DNA of 64,000 bases from Deltaproteobacteria bacterium. Lineage in GTDB: Bacteria; Desulfobacterota; Binatia; UBA12015. Of the stretch, positions 34,505 to 42,943 are shown one piece after another. The notes below the pieces were generated by a model. The model made no database searches. It saw nothing but the letters and a program-made list of their open reading frames with translations, and was not told the origin of the DNA. How positions within the stretch are numbered: position 1 is the first letter of the stretch; every line of letters begins with the position of its first letter. Both the position numbers and the translations under genes were made by a program. The stretch is from positions 32,808 to 96,807 of the forward strand of contig JAYGCM010000009.1 of NCBI GenBank assembly GCA_046583355.1. Reading direction: 5' to 3'.

Positions 34505-35299
34505 TTGGCGCTTGCAGCGAGCGTCTGGCAGGCTCCGCAGGTGATCGAACTCGCCGGCGTCAGCAAGGTCTACGACGATACCGCGGTTGTCGATTCCCTC
34601 GACCTCACGGTGGGCGACGGTGAACTTCTCGTCTTGCTCGGCACCTCGGGCTGCGGCAAGACGACGACGCTCAAAATGATCAACCGCCTGATCGAGTGCA
34701 GTGCCGGCACGATCCGCATCGACGGCGAAGAAAATACCGCGCTGCCCGCCTACGAGTTGCGCCGCCGGATCGGCTACGTCTTCCAACGCGTCGGGCTCTT
34801 CCCGCACCTCACTTTGGCCGAAAATATCGCCGTCACGCCCAGGCTTCTGGGCTGGGACGAGGCACGAATCACACGCCGGGTCGATGACCTTTTTGCGCTT
34901 GTCGAACTCGATGCGGACACGATGCGCGACCGCCTACCGCATGAACTCTCGGGCGGCCAGCAGCAACGCATCGGTGTCGCTCGCGCCCTGGCGGCCGAGC
35001 CCCGCTCGATGCTGCTCGACGAACCCTTCGGTGCACTGGACCCGCTGACCCGCGACCGCCTGCAGACTTCGTTTCGCTCGATCCACCGCCGGCTTGGCCT
35101 TAGCGCTATTTTCGTCACCCACGATATGACCGAAGCCCTTCTTCTCGGCGACCGCATCGCCGTGATGAACCTCGGCCGTATCGTGCAGATCGGCACACCC
35201 GCCGAATTGCTGCGTACGCCGGCCAACGACTTCATCCGCGAATTGATGGAAACTCCGCGGCGTCAGGCCGATGCCGTCGAAGCCCTGCTCGCCCAATGA
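34505..35299 (+). CDS. Osmoprotectant (glycine betaine/choline-type) ABC transporter ATP-binding protein
   Basis: GTSGCGKTTTLKMINRLIE, LSGGQQQRIGVARALA and LLDEPFGALD. The start is uncertain (TTG 34505 or GTG 34541). Confidence 0.85.
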   Translation: MALAASVWQAPQVIELAGVSKVYDDTAVVDSLDLTVGDGELLVLLGTSGCGKTTTLKMINRLIECSAGTIRIDGEENTALPAYELRRRIGYVFQRVGLFPHLTLAENIAVTPRLLGWDEARITRRVDDLFALVELDADTMRDRLPHELSGGQQQRIGVARALAAEPRSMLLDEPFGALDPLTRDRLQTSFRSIHRRLGLSAIFVTHDMTEALLLGDRIAVMNLGRIVQIGTPAELLRTPANDFIRELMETPRRQADAVEALLAQ

Positions 35300-36839
35300 G
35301 ATAGATGACGTGGAACATCTCCTTGCACTTCTGCCGGATTATCTGACCGGCCACCTGCAGCTCACGCTGATCGCCTTGGCAGCGGCTATCTCGATCTCGG
35401 TGCCGCTGGGCATCGTGGCGAGCCGAATTCCCCGCCTCGAGGGCCTGGTGCTCGGCGTCGCCGGCGTCATCCAGACCATCCCGAGCTTGGCACTCCTGGC
35501 TACCATGGTGCCGCTGCTCGCCATGCTGAATCTGCCCAGCATCGGTTTTCTGCCCGCCATTATCGGGCTCACGCTCTACGGCCTGTTGCCGATCCTGCGC
35601 AATACCGTAACCGGCCTGCACGAGGTCCCTGCCGAATTGACCGAGGCCGCACGCGGCGTCGGCATGACGCCCGGCCAGCAGCTGCGGCGCGTGGAGTTGC
35701 CGCTGGCCATGCCCGTCATCATCGGGGGAATCCGCACCGCCACCGTCTGGACCGTCGGCATCGCCACCCTCTCCACCCCGGTGGGTGCGACCAGCCTGGG
35801 CAATTATATTTTTGGTGGCTTGCAGACACGCAATTTCGCCTCGGTCCTGCTCGGCTCGGTGGCCGCCGCCGGCCTCGCCTTGCTCCTCGACGGGCTCGTT
35901 GCCACCCTGGAACGTGGCATGCGTGACCGCCGCCGCGGGCTTCTGGCGGGCGCCTTCACCATCATCGCGGCGCTCTACCTCTTTGCCGGCACCACCTTGA
36001 TCTTGCCTCTTTTCAGAGACGGGCCACGCCCCATCGTGGTCGCGGCCAAGCCTTTTACCGAGCAATATATTCTTGGCGATATCCTCGCGGATCAAATCAC
36101 CGACGAGACCGGCCTGCCCACCGAGCGCCTCTCCTCGATCGGCTCCATGGTTGCCTACGAGGCATTGCTCGATGGCAGCGTCGACACCTACGTCGACTAC
36201 TCGGGCACACTCTGGCTGGCCCTGCTGCAGCGCAAGGATTCCCCGGCCAATAGGCAGGAAGCGCTTGATGCGATTGAGGTCTGGCTGGGTGAGAATACCA
36301 ATATCGCCTATATCGGCCCGCTCGGTTTCCAGAACAATTATGCTCTTGCTATGCGGCGGAGCGAGGCCGAACGGCTCGGTGTAACGACCATCAGCGAACT
36401 CCTCCCCTACGCCTCCGAGCTCAAGCTTGGTGGCGACCTCGAGTTTTTCTCACGCGCCGAGTGGCCGGCACTACAAAAAACCTACGGCATCGGTTTCGCC
36501 CAGACCCGCCCGATGGACCCCTCGTTGATGTACCAGGCCGTCGCCTATGGCGGCGTGGACGTGATCACCGCCTACACCACCGACGGCCGCATCGGCGCCC
36601 TGGATCTGGTGGTTCTCCAAGACGATCGCCGCGCGATTCCACCCTACGATGCGATCTTGCTGGCAAGCGGTCGCCTTGCTCGCGCGCAGCCCGAGGTCAT
36701 GGCAGCCCTTGCTTCGCTGGTCGGCTCGATCACCGAGACCGAGATGCGCGCGATGAATCACGAGGTTGACGCAAACGGCCTCCAACCCGCGGCCGTCGCG
36801 GCCGAATTCCTGCAGCGCCTGCGCGCGAGAGAGAAATAG
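35271..36839 (+). CDS. Fused ABC permease / substrate-binding protein (OpuB/OpuC-type)
   Basis: The N-terminal half has the TM permease EAA-type region (ELTEAARGVGMTPGQQLRRVELP). The C-terminal half resembles a betaine/choline-binding SBP (DYSGTLW...YTTDGRI...DD..AIPPYDA). An alternative GTG start lies at 35310. Confidence 0.8.
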   Translation: MPSKPCSPNEIDDVEHLLALLPDYLTGHLQLTLIALAAAISISVPLGIVASRIPRLEGLVLGVAGVIQTIPSLALLATMVPLLAMLNLPSIGFLPAIIGLTLYGLLPILRNTVTGLHEVPAELTEAARGVGMTPGQQLRRVELPLAMPVIIGGIRTATVWTVGIATLSTPVGATSLGNYIFGGLQTRNFASVLLGSVAAAGLALLLDGLVATLERGMRDRRRGLLAGAFTIIAALYLFAGTTLILPLFRDGPRPIVVAAKPFTEQYILGDILADQITDETGLPTERLSSIGSMVAYEALLDGSVDTYVDYSGTLWLALLQRKDSPANRQEALDAIEVWLGENTNIAYIGPLGFQNNYALAMRRSEAERLGVTTISELLPYASELKLGGDLEFFSRAEWPALQKTYGIGFAQTRPMDPSLMYQAVAYGGVDVITAYTTDGRIGALDLVVLQDDRRAIPPYDAILLASGRLARAQPEVMAALASLVGSITETEMRAMNHEVDANGLQPAAVAAEFLQRLRAREK

Positions 36840-36848
36840 CGGCAACGG

Positions 36849-37520
36849 ATGACACGCGCCGACAAGGCCCGCCGCGTGCAGGCGATTCTCGACGAACTCT
36901 ACCCGACCACGCCGATACCACTGGACCACGCCGACCCTTTTACCTTGCTGGTTGCCGTACTCCTCAGCGCACAAACCACTGACGCTCGGGTGAACCTGGT
37001 CACGCCGGCTCTTTTCGCCGAAGCGTCCGACGCCGCGACCATGGCGACACTCGGGCGCGAGCGGATCCTCCACCATATCCGCTCCTGCGGCCTCTCTCCG
37101 TCCAAAGCAAAAAATATAGCGGCGCTGGCACAGCTTCTACTCGACGAACACGGCGGCGTGGTACCGACCGATATCGAAGCCTTGGAACGTCTTCCCGGAG
37201 TCGGCCACAAAACCGCCAGCGTCGTGATGGCGCAGGCCTTCGGCGTCCCGGCATTTCCCGTCGATACCCATATCCACCGCCTGGCGGCGCGCTGGGGCCT
37301 GTCGAGCGGGCGCAATGTTGTTCAGACCGAGCGAGATCTCGTGAAGCTCTACCCGGCCGAGTCCTGGAACCTGCTGCATCTGCAAATCATCTACTTCGGC
37401 CGCGAGCATTGCCCGGCCCGCGGACACGACCTCGCGCGCTGCCCGATCTGCGGCTGGGCGGCTACGAAGAAGCAGATCCGCGCCGAGCAGACCAAAGGGA
37501 GAAGCCGACCGCAACCATAA
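36849..37520 (+). CDS. nth: Endonuclease III
   Basis: LLSAQTTD, the HhH-GPD region LERLPGVGHKTASVVM and VDTHIHR. The C-terminal Cys cluster is atypical. Confidence 0.85.
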   Translation: MTRADKARRVQAILDELYPTTPIPLDHADPFTLLVAVLLSAQTTDARVNLVTPALFAEASDAATMATLGRERILHHIRSCGLSPSKAKNIAALAQLLLDEHGGVVPTDIEALERLPGVGHKTASVVMAQAFGVPAFPVDTHIHRLAARWGLSSGRNVVQTERDLVKLYPAESWNLLHLQIIYFGREHCPARGHDLARCPICGWAATKKQIRAEQTKGRSRPQP

Positions 37521-38913
37521 GGTTGAGGACAAGGCCGATCATCCCGACATGGATGCCCAGAACGGTCTTCCATCCCAGCAGAGTGCCGGCCGCAGCCACC
37601 GTCGTGCCAAGCACGAGGCCGGCAAGCGTAGGCGCCGCGCGCAGGCCGCGCCAATGCAGGGCGACGAGAAACGCCGGCACGCATTGAATCAGCAACTCCA
37701 TCTTGAGCTCAATCAACCGCCAGAGTGTGAGCTCGCCCTGAATCGCGAAGGGCACCATGACAAAGAGGATAGCGGCAGCAATCCATTTCCCCAGCCGCGT
37801 GGTCGCGGCGTCGCCACGCGGGCGGCCGAGAATATCGCCCGCCGCCAAAGAGCCCAGCGAGAGCAAACAGGAATCCGCCGTGGACATGATGGCCGCCAGC
37901 GCGCCCAGGAAGACCAGGATTGCCGCGAACATGCGCAGGCCACCGCCGGCCGCCCACTCGGCCAACAACCAGGGCATCACCTCGTCGCTCGCCACACCCA
38001 GGCTCGGGTCAATGCGCGCGATGGCCGCAATGCCGATCAAGGTGACCACCAAGGTCGTGGTAAGCGGCATGAAAGTCATCAAGGCAAAAGAACGCTGCAA
38101 AACCCGCGGGCTGCGCGCAGCGAAGATCCTCTGGATCGCCTGCGGGTAGAGCACGCTGCCAAAACCGAGCAAGGCGATGGTGCTGAACCAATTTGCGCAG
38201 GTCTGCGCGTCCGGGACGGCGATGGCCTCGGGCCGTACCTCCATTACCCGAGCGGTGATATTTCCCAGGCCGCCCGCATCGCTCATCAACCAGGTGAGCA
38301 ATCCGGCGAGGCCGAAAAGCATCAGTAGGCCCTGGCCGGAATCTGTCCAGGCGACTGCGCGCATGCCGCCCAGGCTCTCGTAGAAGAGGATCATCAGCGC
38401 CAAACCGATCACGCCGGCGGCATGCGGTACGAGGCCATCGGTGACACGCCCGGTGATGGTGCCCATCGCCTGCAATTGCGCGAGAAGAAAATTCGCCAAC
38501 GCGACAACCATCAAAATTCCGATGGCAATGGAGAGAGCGCGGCCGGCGCCTTCGCCGCCGAAGCGATGGCGCACCCAATCCCCCGGCGTGACGAAACCTT
38601 CGGCATCGGCGTGCTGGCGCAGCTTGGGGGCGATCATATGGAAGGCCACGATGACCGCCATCATGAAGCCGGTCGACATCACGAAGGAGAAACCCGCCTC
38701 GTAGGCGCGGCCAGGATAGCCCAGCAGCGAGTTGCCGCTATACGCGGTCGCGTAGAGCGTCAAAAACAGAACAAAGACCCCGAGGTCGCGGCCGGCAAGG
38801 AAATGATCGCTCGGCGACTCGTCACGCCGCGAGCGGCGCGCCACCTCGGCCACGGTCGCGAGAATCAAAAGGTAGAGAGCGAGCGCGATGACCCCGAGTT
38901 CGCCGAAGCTCAT
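37462..38913 (-). CDS. Sodium:solute symporter (SSS) family transporter
   Basis: ~13 TM segments and a typical SSS N-terminus (DHFLAGRDLGVFVLFLTLYATAYSGNSLLGYPG). Preceded by a DUF3311 small subunit with ATGA overlap. Confidence 0.85.
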   Translation of the reverse strand: MSFGELGVIALALYLLILATVAEVARRSRRDESPSDHFLAGRDLGVFVLFLTLYATAYSGNSLLGYPGRAYEAGFSFVMSTGFMMAVIVAFHMIAPKLRQHADAEGFVTPGDWVRHRFGGEGAGRALSIAIGILMVVALANFLLAQLQAMGTITGRVTDGLVPHAAGVIGLALMILFYESLGGMRAVAWTDSGQGLLMLFGLAGLLTWLMSDAGGLGNITARVMEVRPEAIAVPDAQTCANWFSTIALLGFGSVLYPQAIQRIFAARSPRVLQRSFALMTFMPLTTTLVVTLIGIAAIARIDPSLGVASDEVMPWLLAEWAAGGGLRMFAAILVFLGALAAIMSTADSCLLSLGSLAAGDILGRPRGDAATTRLGKWIAAAILFVMVPFAIQGELTLWRLIELKMELLIQCVPAFLVALHWRGLRAAPTLAGLVLGTTVAAAGTLLGWKTVLGIHVGMIGLVLNLMVAVGFSLWSARRGSASS

Positions 38914-39158
38914 GCGCTCTTCCCGGAAGCTTCCCGACCGGCCTCACCCATGTCCTGCGGCGCGTCCTGCAGTAGCCACGCAGCCGAGTTCAGGAGAGCC
39001 ACCAGCACGTAGCAACCAATCGCGACGGCGACCCAATCGGGCAGGCCGAAGACGATCTCCACCGGCGCCGATGACGAACGGTACCAGGGCACGGAGAGGA
39101 CGTAGAGGGCGGCGATGCAGACGAAGAGAATCCGGCGCAGGCGGGCACGTCCCTTCAT
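38910..39158 (-). CDS. DUF3311-type small membrane protein (SSS partner)
   Basis: 82 aa with two TM segments (RRILFVCIAALYVLSVPWY...DWVAVAIGCYVLVALLN). Only the last 82 codons of listed ORF 38910..39731 were taken as real. Confidence 0.65.
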   Translation of the reverse strand: MKGRARLRRILFVCIAALYVLSVPWYRSSSAPVEIVFGLPDWVAVAIGCYVLVALLNSAAWLLQDAPQDMGEAGREASGKSA

Positions 39159-39169
39159 GCCAACCCGCG

Positions 39170-39568
39170 TCAGTCTGCCGCCGGCGTCAAGCCAGGGGTT
39201 GATGGGGGCGCAGCCGGCGATGGCGTAGCCGAGGCGGGCTTGCGGCTCTCGGCAATCGCGAGCCTCACCGCGGAGACATATTCTGCAGTAAGGCTGATCA
39301 GCGCATCGGCGTCCTGGGTCCGGGCACAACCGCTGCGGTCGAGGCGGGCAAGGCCGTTTTTCATCCGTGCGGCCACTCGCGTAAGGCAGCCGTGGTCGAG
39401 CGGCGCGGTCTGGCGCGCGGCCTGCGCGTGGCAGCGGCCCATCAATTTGGAGCCCTGCGTGACAACAGCGAGTTTGCGTTGAATGCAGCCGCCTTCCGGA
39501 ATCCGGTGTGCCGCCGCCGGCATGGCGACGCAAAGGAAAGCCGCTGCCAGCAAGGCCGCACGCCTCAT
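39170..39568 (-). CDS. Small secreted protein, four Cys, Pro/Ala-rich tail (hypothetical)
   Basis: Signal peptide MRRAALLAAAFLCVAMPAAA and an ATGA overlap with the upstream hydrolase gene. Confidence 0.5.
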   Translation of the reverse strand: MRRAALLAAAFLCVAMPAAAHRIPEGGCIQRKLAVVTQGSKLMGRCHAQAARQTAPLDHGCLTRVAARMKNGLARLDRSGCARTQDADALISLTAEYVSAVRLAIAESRKPASATPSPAAPPSTPGLTPAAD

Positions 39569-40326
39569 GCAGCCACTCCGAGGAAGCGACGAATCGCCGC
39601 GGCGGTCTCGGCCGGCCGTCCCTGATGCGCACGGTGGTCGGCCCCCTCGATGCCTTCACTCGCAGCCGAACCGAGTGCACTCGCCACCGCAGAGACGGCA
39701 TCGGGCCAGAGGGGATCTTCGGTGCCGGCAAGGCAAAGCGTACGCGTCGCGATCGAGGACAGCCCCGGCGTCAGGGGCTCTTCTCCCAGCCGTTGGAGAA
39801 GGCGCGCAACTTCGGTCATGCCAATCGGCTGACCTTCGACCTTCTCGCGGCTCATCGGTCCCCAGATGGCGTGCGCGAGGCCTTCGATCCCGTTCATGCG
39901 GCCTGACTTCACAACTTGATCGGCCCATTCCTGTTGCGCCGGCGTGGATGCGGTGGTCGTCCCGATCAGAACCAATTCATCGACCCTCTCCGGCGCGATC
40001 TTTGCGACCAGCAGGGCAACGATGCCGCCCAACGAGTGACCGATCAGCGTCGCCTTGGCGATCCCGAGCCCGTCGAGCGCCTTGATGACATCGCGGGCCA
40101 GATCCTCCCAGGCATACGGCGGCTCCGGCGCACTCGACCAGCCATGCGCGCGCTGCTCGAGCACGACCAGGCGACCGATGCCGGAGAGTTCCGGCAAGAG
40201 CTTCTCCCAAGTGTCGATCGTCTCGGCGAAACCATGCAAGAAAACAATCGTCCGGTCTCCTTCGCCCGAGATACGGTAGCGCAGCTGGTGGCCGCCCACG
40301 TCGATTTTTGTCGTTTCCTCCGCCAT
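39565..40326 (-). CDS. Alpha/beta hydrolase
   Basis: HGFAET, nucleophile elbow GHSLGG and a C-terminal H. ATG 40326 has a GAGAGG RBS. Confidence 0.85.
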   Translation of the reverse strand: MAEETTKIDVGGHQLRYRISGEGDRTIVFLHGFAETIDTWEKLLPELSGIGRLVVLEQRAHGWSSAPEPPYAWEDLARDVIKALDGLGIAKATLIGHSLGGIVALLVAKIAPERVDELVLIGTTTASTPAQQEWADQVVKSGRMNGIEGLAHAIWGPMSREKVEGQPIGMTEVARLLQRLGEEPLTPGLSSIATRTLCLAGTEDPLWPDAVSAVASALGSAASEGIEGADHRAHQGRPAETAAAIRRFLGVAA

Positions 40327-40396
40327 CGTCACTGCCTCTCAAATCCGATCTTCGAACAATACGATCCCCATTGCTTGCCGGACCAGCCTGCAGGGT

Positions 40397-41974
40397 TCAA
40401 GCGCCGGGCCATCCGCCCGATTCGTCTTCATCGGCCGCCGCCGCACCTGGCGTTAATCCGAAGAGCATTACGGCCAAAGCCACCAGCCCGTAACCACCGG
40501 CCAATTGCCAGGGCAACGGGTCGTCGATATTCCATGGCAGAAAAGTAGCCGCCCCGGGCAAGGGCGAATGAATCACGCCGAAGAGCGAGGCTATGGCCGC
40601 GAGCAGCAGCACAAAGGCCGCGGCCCAGACCTTGCCATCAATCAGATGGGCCACAATGCTGCCAAAGAGCATGGCCGAGAACACGAAACCTGCCGCCAAT
40701 ACCTCAAGCGCCTGATAGCGAGCACCCGCATCGCCGCTGAGCGTATGGCCGTCCACGCCGGCGCTGCCGAGCATCATATTGACCAGAATCAGGACGGTAC
40801 TCGCCATCACCGGCAAGAAGCAGGCGGCCACCGCCGGTCCATACCGCCTGGGTACGGCATGGAAGGATTGCGCGCCGATCTCCAGACCGATGAAGACGAG
40901 AATCGGCACCACGACGGTATCGGGCAGCGCCGCGACCAGCCACGAAAGGTAGCCAAAGATTCCGCCCAGGCCGACGAAAAGGGCGGTGGCAAGCGTGTAG
41001 GCGGCACGGCCACCCATGCGCTTGTAGGCGGGGTGGCCGATGTACGGCGTCGTCTGAATCACGCCGCCGACCAAGCCGGCAACCAGCGTGCTCAGGCCCT
41101 CGGTCAGCAGAATCGAGCGGGTATCGTAGGTATCTCCGGAGGCCGCTGCCGACTCGGTATTGTCGATGCCGCCGATGATCGTCGCAAAGGCCAGCGGCAG
41201 CGCAAGCGGCAGGTAATCCATCGCCAGCGACATACCCGCCAAAAACCCGGTGGTCGGAATCGGCCAGGTCACGCTCAGATGCAGCGCCTCGCCAGAGGGC
41301 GCGCCGGCGGGCAGCCAGCCCAGACTGCGCACGCCGTAGGAGAGTGCCGTGGCCAAAACCACGACCGTGAGTACGGGCGATAAATTGCCCGGCAGCCGAA
41401 TGGCGCGCAAAAGCACGAAGAGAAGAAGGAAGAGCGCGAAGAGACCGACCAGCGGGGACTCGTAAATATCGAGCATCGGCATGAAGGCGATCAGGCAGAC
41501 CCCAATCGCGCCGATCGTTCCCAGCATGGCGGCCTGCGGGATGGCATGGCGCATCCGCGCGGCCGGCCAGGTAATCGCGATCTTGAAGAGCCCCATGCAG
41601 ATCATCACGGCCATGCCGACTTGCCAGGAAAGCAGCGCATCGCCGGTACGCACGTAGACCGGGCCGAGGACGCCGAAGGTAAGACCGAAGAGCGAGACGG
41701 TGTCGATGCCCAGCGGCATGGCCGTCACGTCGTCCCGCCCCTCGCGCCGGGCCAGGCGGAACGCCAGCCAGGTGTAGATGAGGTTGCCAACCAGGACGCC
41801 TGCGGCCGTTCCGGGCAGCATACGGCCGAGAACGATCTCGGCGGGGTAGCCGAAGACGTGAATCAGCAACGAGCTGAAGACGATGAGCTGCGCGACGTTG
41901 TCGAAGGTCAGGCCGAGAAAGGCGCTGAAGTCGCCCGCCCCGGCCCAACGATATTTTTTCCCCAGCTCCGTCAT
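40397..41974 (-). CDS. Polytopic permease, NCS2/AzgA-like (xanthine/uracil/vitamin C permease superfamily), tentative
   Basis: ~12 or more TM segments; GGIDNTESAAASGD and TPYIGHPAYKRMGGRAAY resemble AzgA-type motifs. Confidence 0.5.
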   Translation of the reverse strand: MTELGKKYRWAGAGDFSAFLGLTFDNVAQLIVFSSLLIHVFGYPAEIVLGRMLPGTAAGVLVGNLIYTWLAFRLARREGRDDVTAMPLGIDTVSLFGLTFGVLGPVYVRTGDALLSWQVGMAVMICMGLFKIAITWPAARMRHAIPQAAMLGTIGAIGVCLIAFMPMLDIYESPLVGLFALFLLLFVLLRAIRLPGNLSPVLTVVVLATALSYGVRSLGWLPAGAPSGEALHLSVTWPIPTTGFLAGMSLAMDYLPLALPLAFATIIGGIDNTESAAASGDTYDTRSILLTEGLSTLVAGLVGGVIQTTPYIGHPAYKRMGGRAAYTLATALFVGLGGIFGYLSWLVAALPDTVVVPILVFIGLEIGAQSFHAVPRRYGPAVAACFLPVMASTVLILVNMMLGSAGVDGHTLSGDAGARYQALEVLAAGFVFSAMLFGSIVAHLIDGKVWAAAFVLLLAAIASLFGVIHSPLPGAATFLPWNIDDPLPWQLAGGYGLVALAVMLFGLTPGAAAADEDESGGWPGA

Positions 41975-42015
41975 CGGATCCCACACACGATACCCATCAT
42001 GATACGCGTCTGGAA

Positions 42016-42906
42016 ATGGTTCGGCTCTGCGCGTTTGCGGCCTATATTCTGGTCGCTCTTTCTACCACCATCATCATTGCCGTGGCCGGCAATCTGCACG
42101 GGCAAGGGGGTGCCTTGCGCGCGTTTACGCGCGAGAACGGAGTTGTCGAATGGGGCAGCGTCGTCGCGCTCTTTGCCGTGGCGGGCGTGGCCGGCTGGGC
42201 CTTGCTCCGCGACCGACCGAGAGGTGGTGCAAACAGCTCGGCCAGGCCATTGGGCCGCTGGCAGCGGGGTGTGCTCTGGCTGCTGCTCGGCGCCGGCCTG
42301 GTGGCCGCCGCCGAGGAAATCAGCTGGGGGCAGCAGGTCTTCGGCTTCGGCTCGGGCGATTTCTTCCGCGCGCACAACCTGCAGCGTGAGACCAACCTGC
42401 ACAATCTCATGCCGGCATCGATCTCGTCTTCGATCATCAATACGACGATCTACGCCCTCTTTCTCTGGCTGCCCTGCTGGATCCGGCTGGCACCCGGCGG
42501 CCGCTTGGACGTGTTCGCGCAGCGCCACGAGCTGCGCCCCTTCCTGCCCGGCATCCGCACCATGTTGATCTTCGCGTTTGCCTCGACGCTCCAGGCTTAT
42601 TTCCTATGGGTGACTTGGACCGATACATTGGCGTTGGCCGTTACGCTCTTCCTGCTCGGTCTCGTCCTGCGCCGCACCCCGGACACGGCAAGCGAAGACC
42701 GCCTTCATTTCGCCTGCCTGGTCGCCTGCACCCTGCTCTTCGGGCTACACCATGAGGTCTTCCGCTTCGCCAATATGCAATACGAAATCCGCGAACTCCT
42801 GGTGGTCCTCGGCTGCCTGCATTGGTTGAGTGGCTGGGCTCTACCAGCCAAAGAGAGCTCCCACGCGGGGTCCGCTGAGCCCCCTAGAGACACGGCCGAA
42901 AAGTAG
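42016..42906 (+). CDS. Hypothetical integral membrane protein
   Basis: Multiple TM segments and an AEEISWGQQ motif. The last ~8 codons and the TAG stop lie inside repeat 42884-42943. Confidence 0.55.
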   Translation: MVRLCAFAAYILVALSTTIIIAVAGNLHGQGGALRAFTRENGVVEWGSVVALFAVAGVAGWALLRDRPRGGANSSARPLGRWQRGVLWLLLGAGLVAAAEEISWGQQVFGFGSGDFFRAHNLQRETNLHNLMPASISSSIINTTIYALFLWLPCWIRLAPGGRLDVFAQRHELRPFLPGIRTMLIFAFASTLQAYFLWVTWTDTLALAVTLFLLGLVLRRTPDTASEDRLHFACLVACTLLFGLHHEVFRFANMQYEIRELLVVLGCLHWLSGWALPAKESSHAGSAEPPRDTAEK

Positions 42907-42943
42907 GCCTGCATCCGGGCGCCGCTTGCGGCCGTGCCTCTAG
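42884..42943. repeat. REP/MITE-like element with 15-nt terminal inverted repeats (CTAGAGACACGGCCG ... CGGCCGTGCCTCTAG)
   Basis: The terminal repeats match at 14 of 15 positions. The interior GAAAAGTAGGCCTGCATCCGGGCGCCGCTTG is shared with 23747-23777. The element contains the stop codons of both convergent flanking genes. Confidence 0.7.

Noticed and set aside
39159-39731. Upstream 190 codons of listed ORF 38910..39731
   Set aside because: This part overlaps, in another frame, the better-supported signal-peptide ORF 39170..39568 and the hydrolase gene end. Only the last 82 codons form a DUF3311-like two-TM protein.
40704-41984. 426-aa minus-strand ORF in an alternative frame of the permease gene
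   Set aside because: Its Arg/Gly/Pro-rich translation has no hydrophobic segments. The overlapping frame (40397..41974) encodes a coherent polytopic membrane protein.
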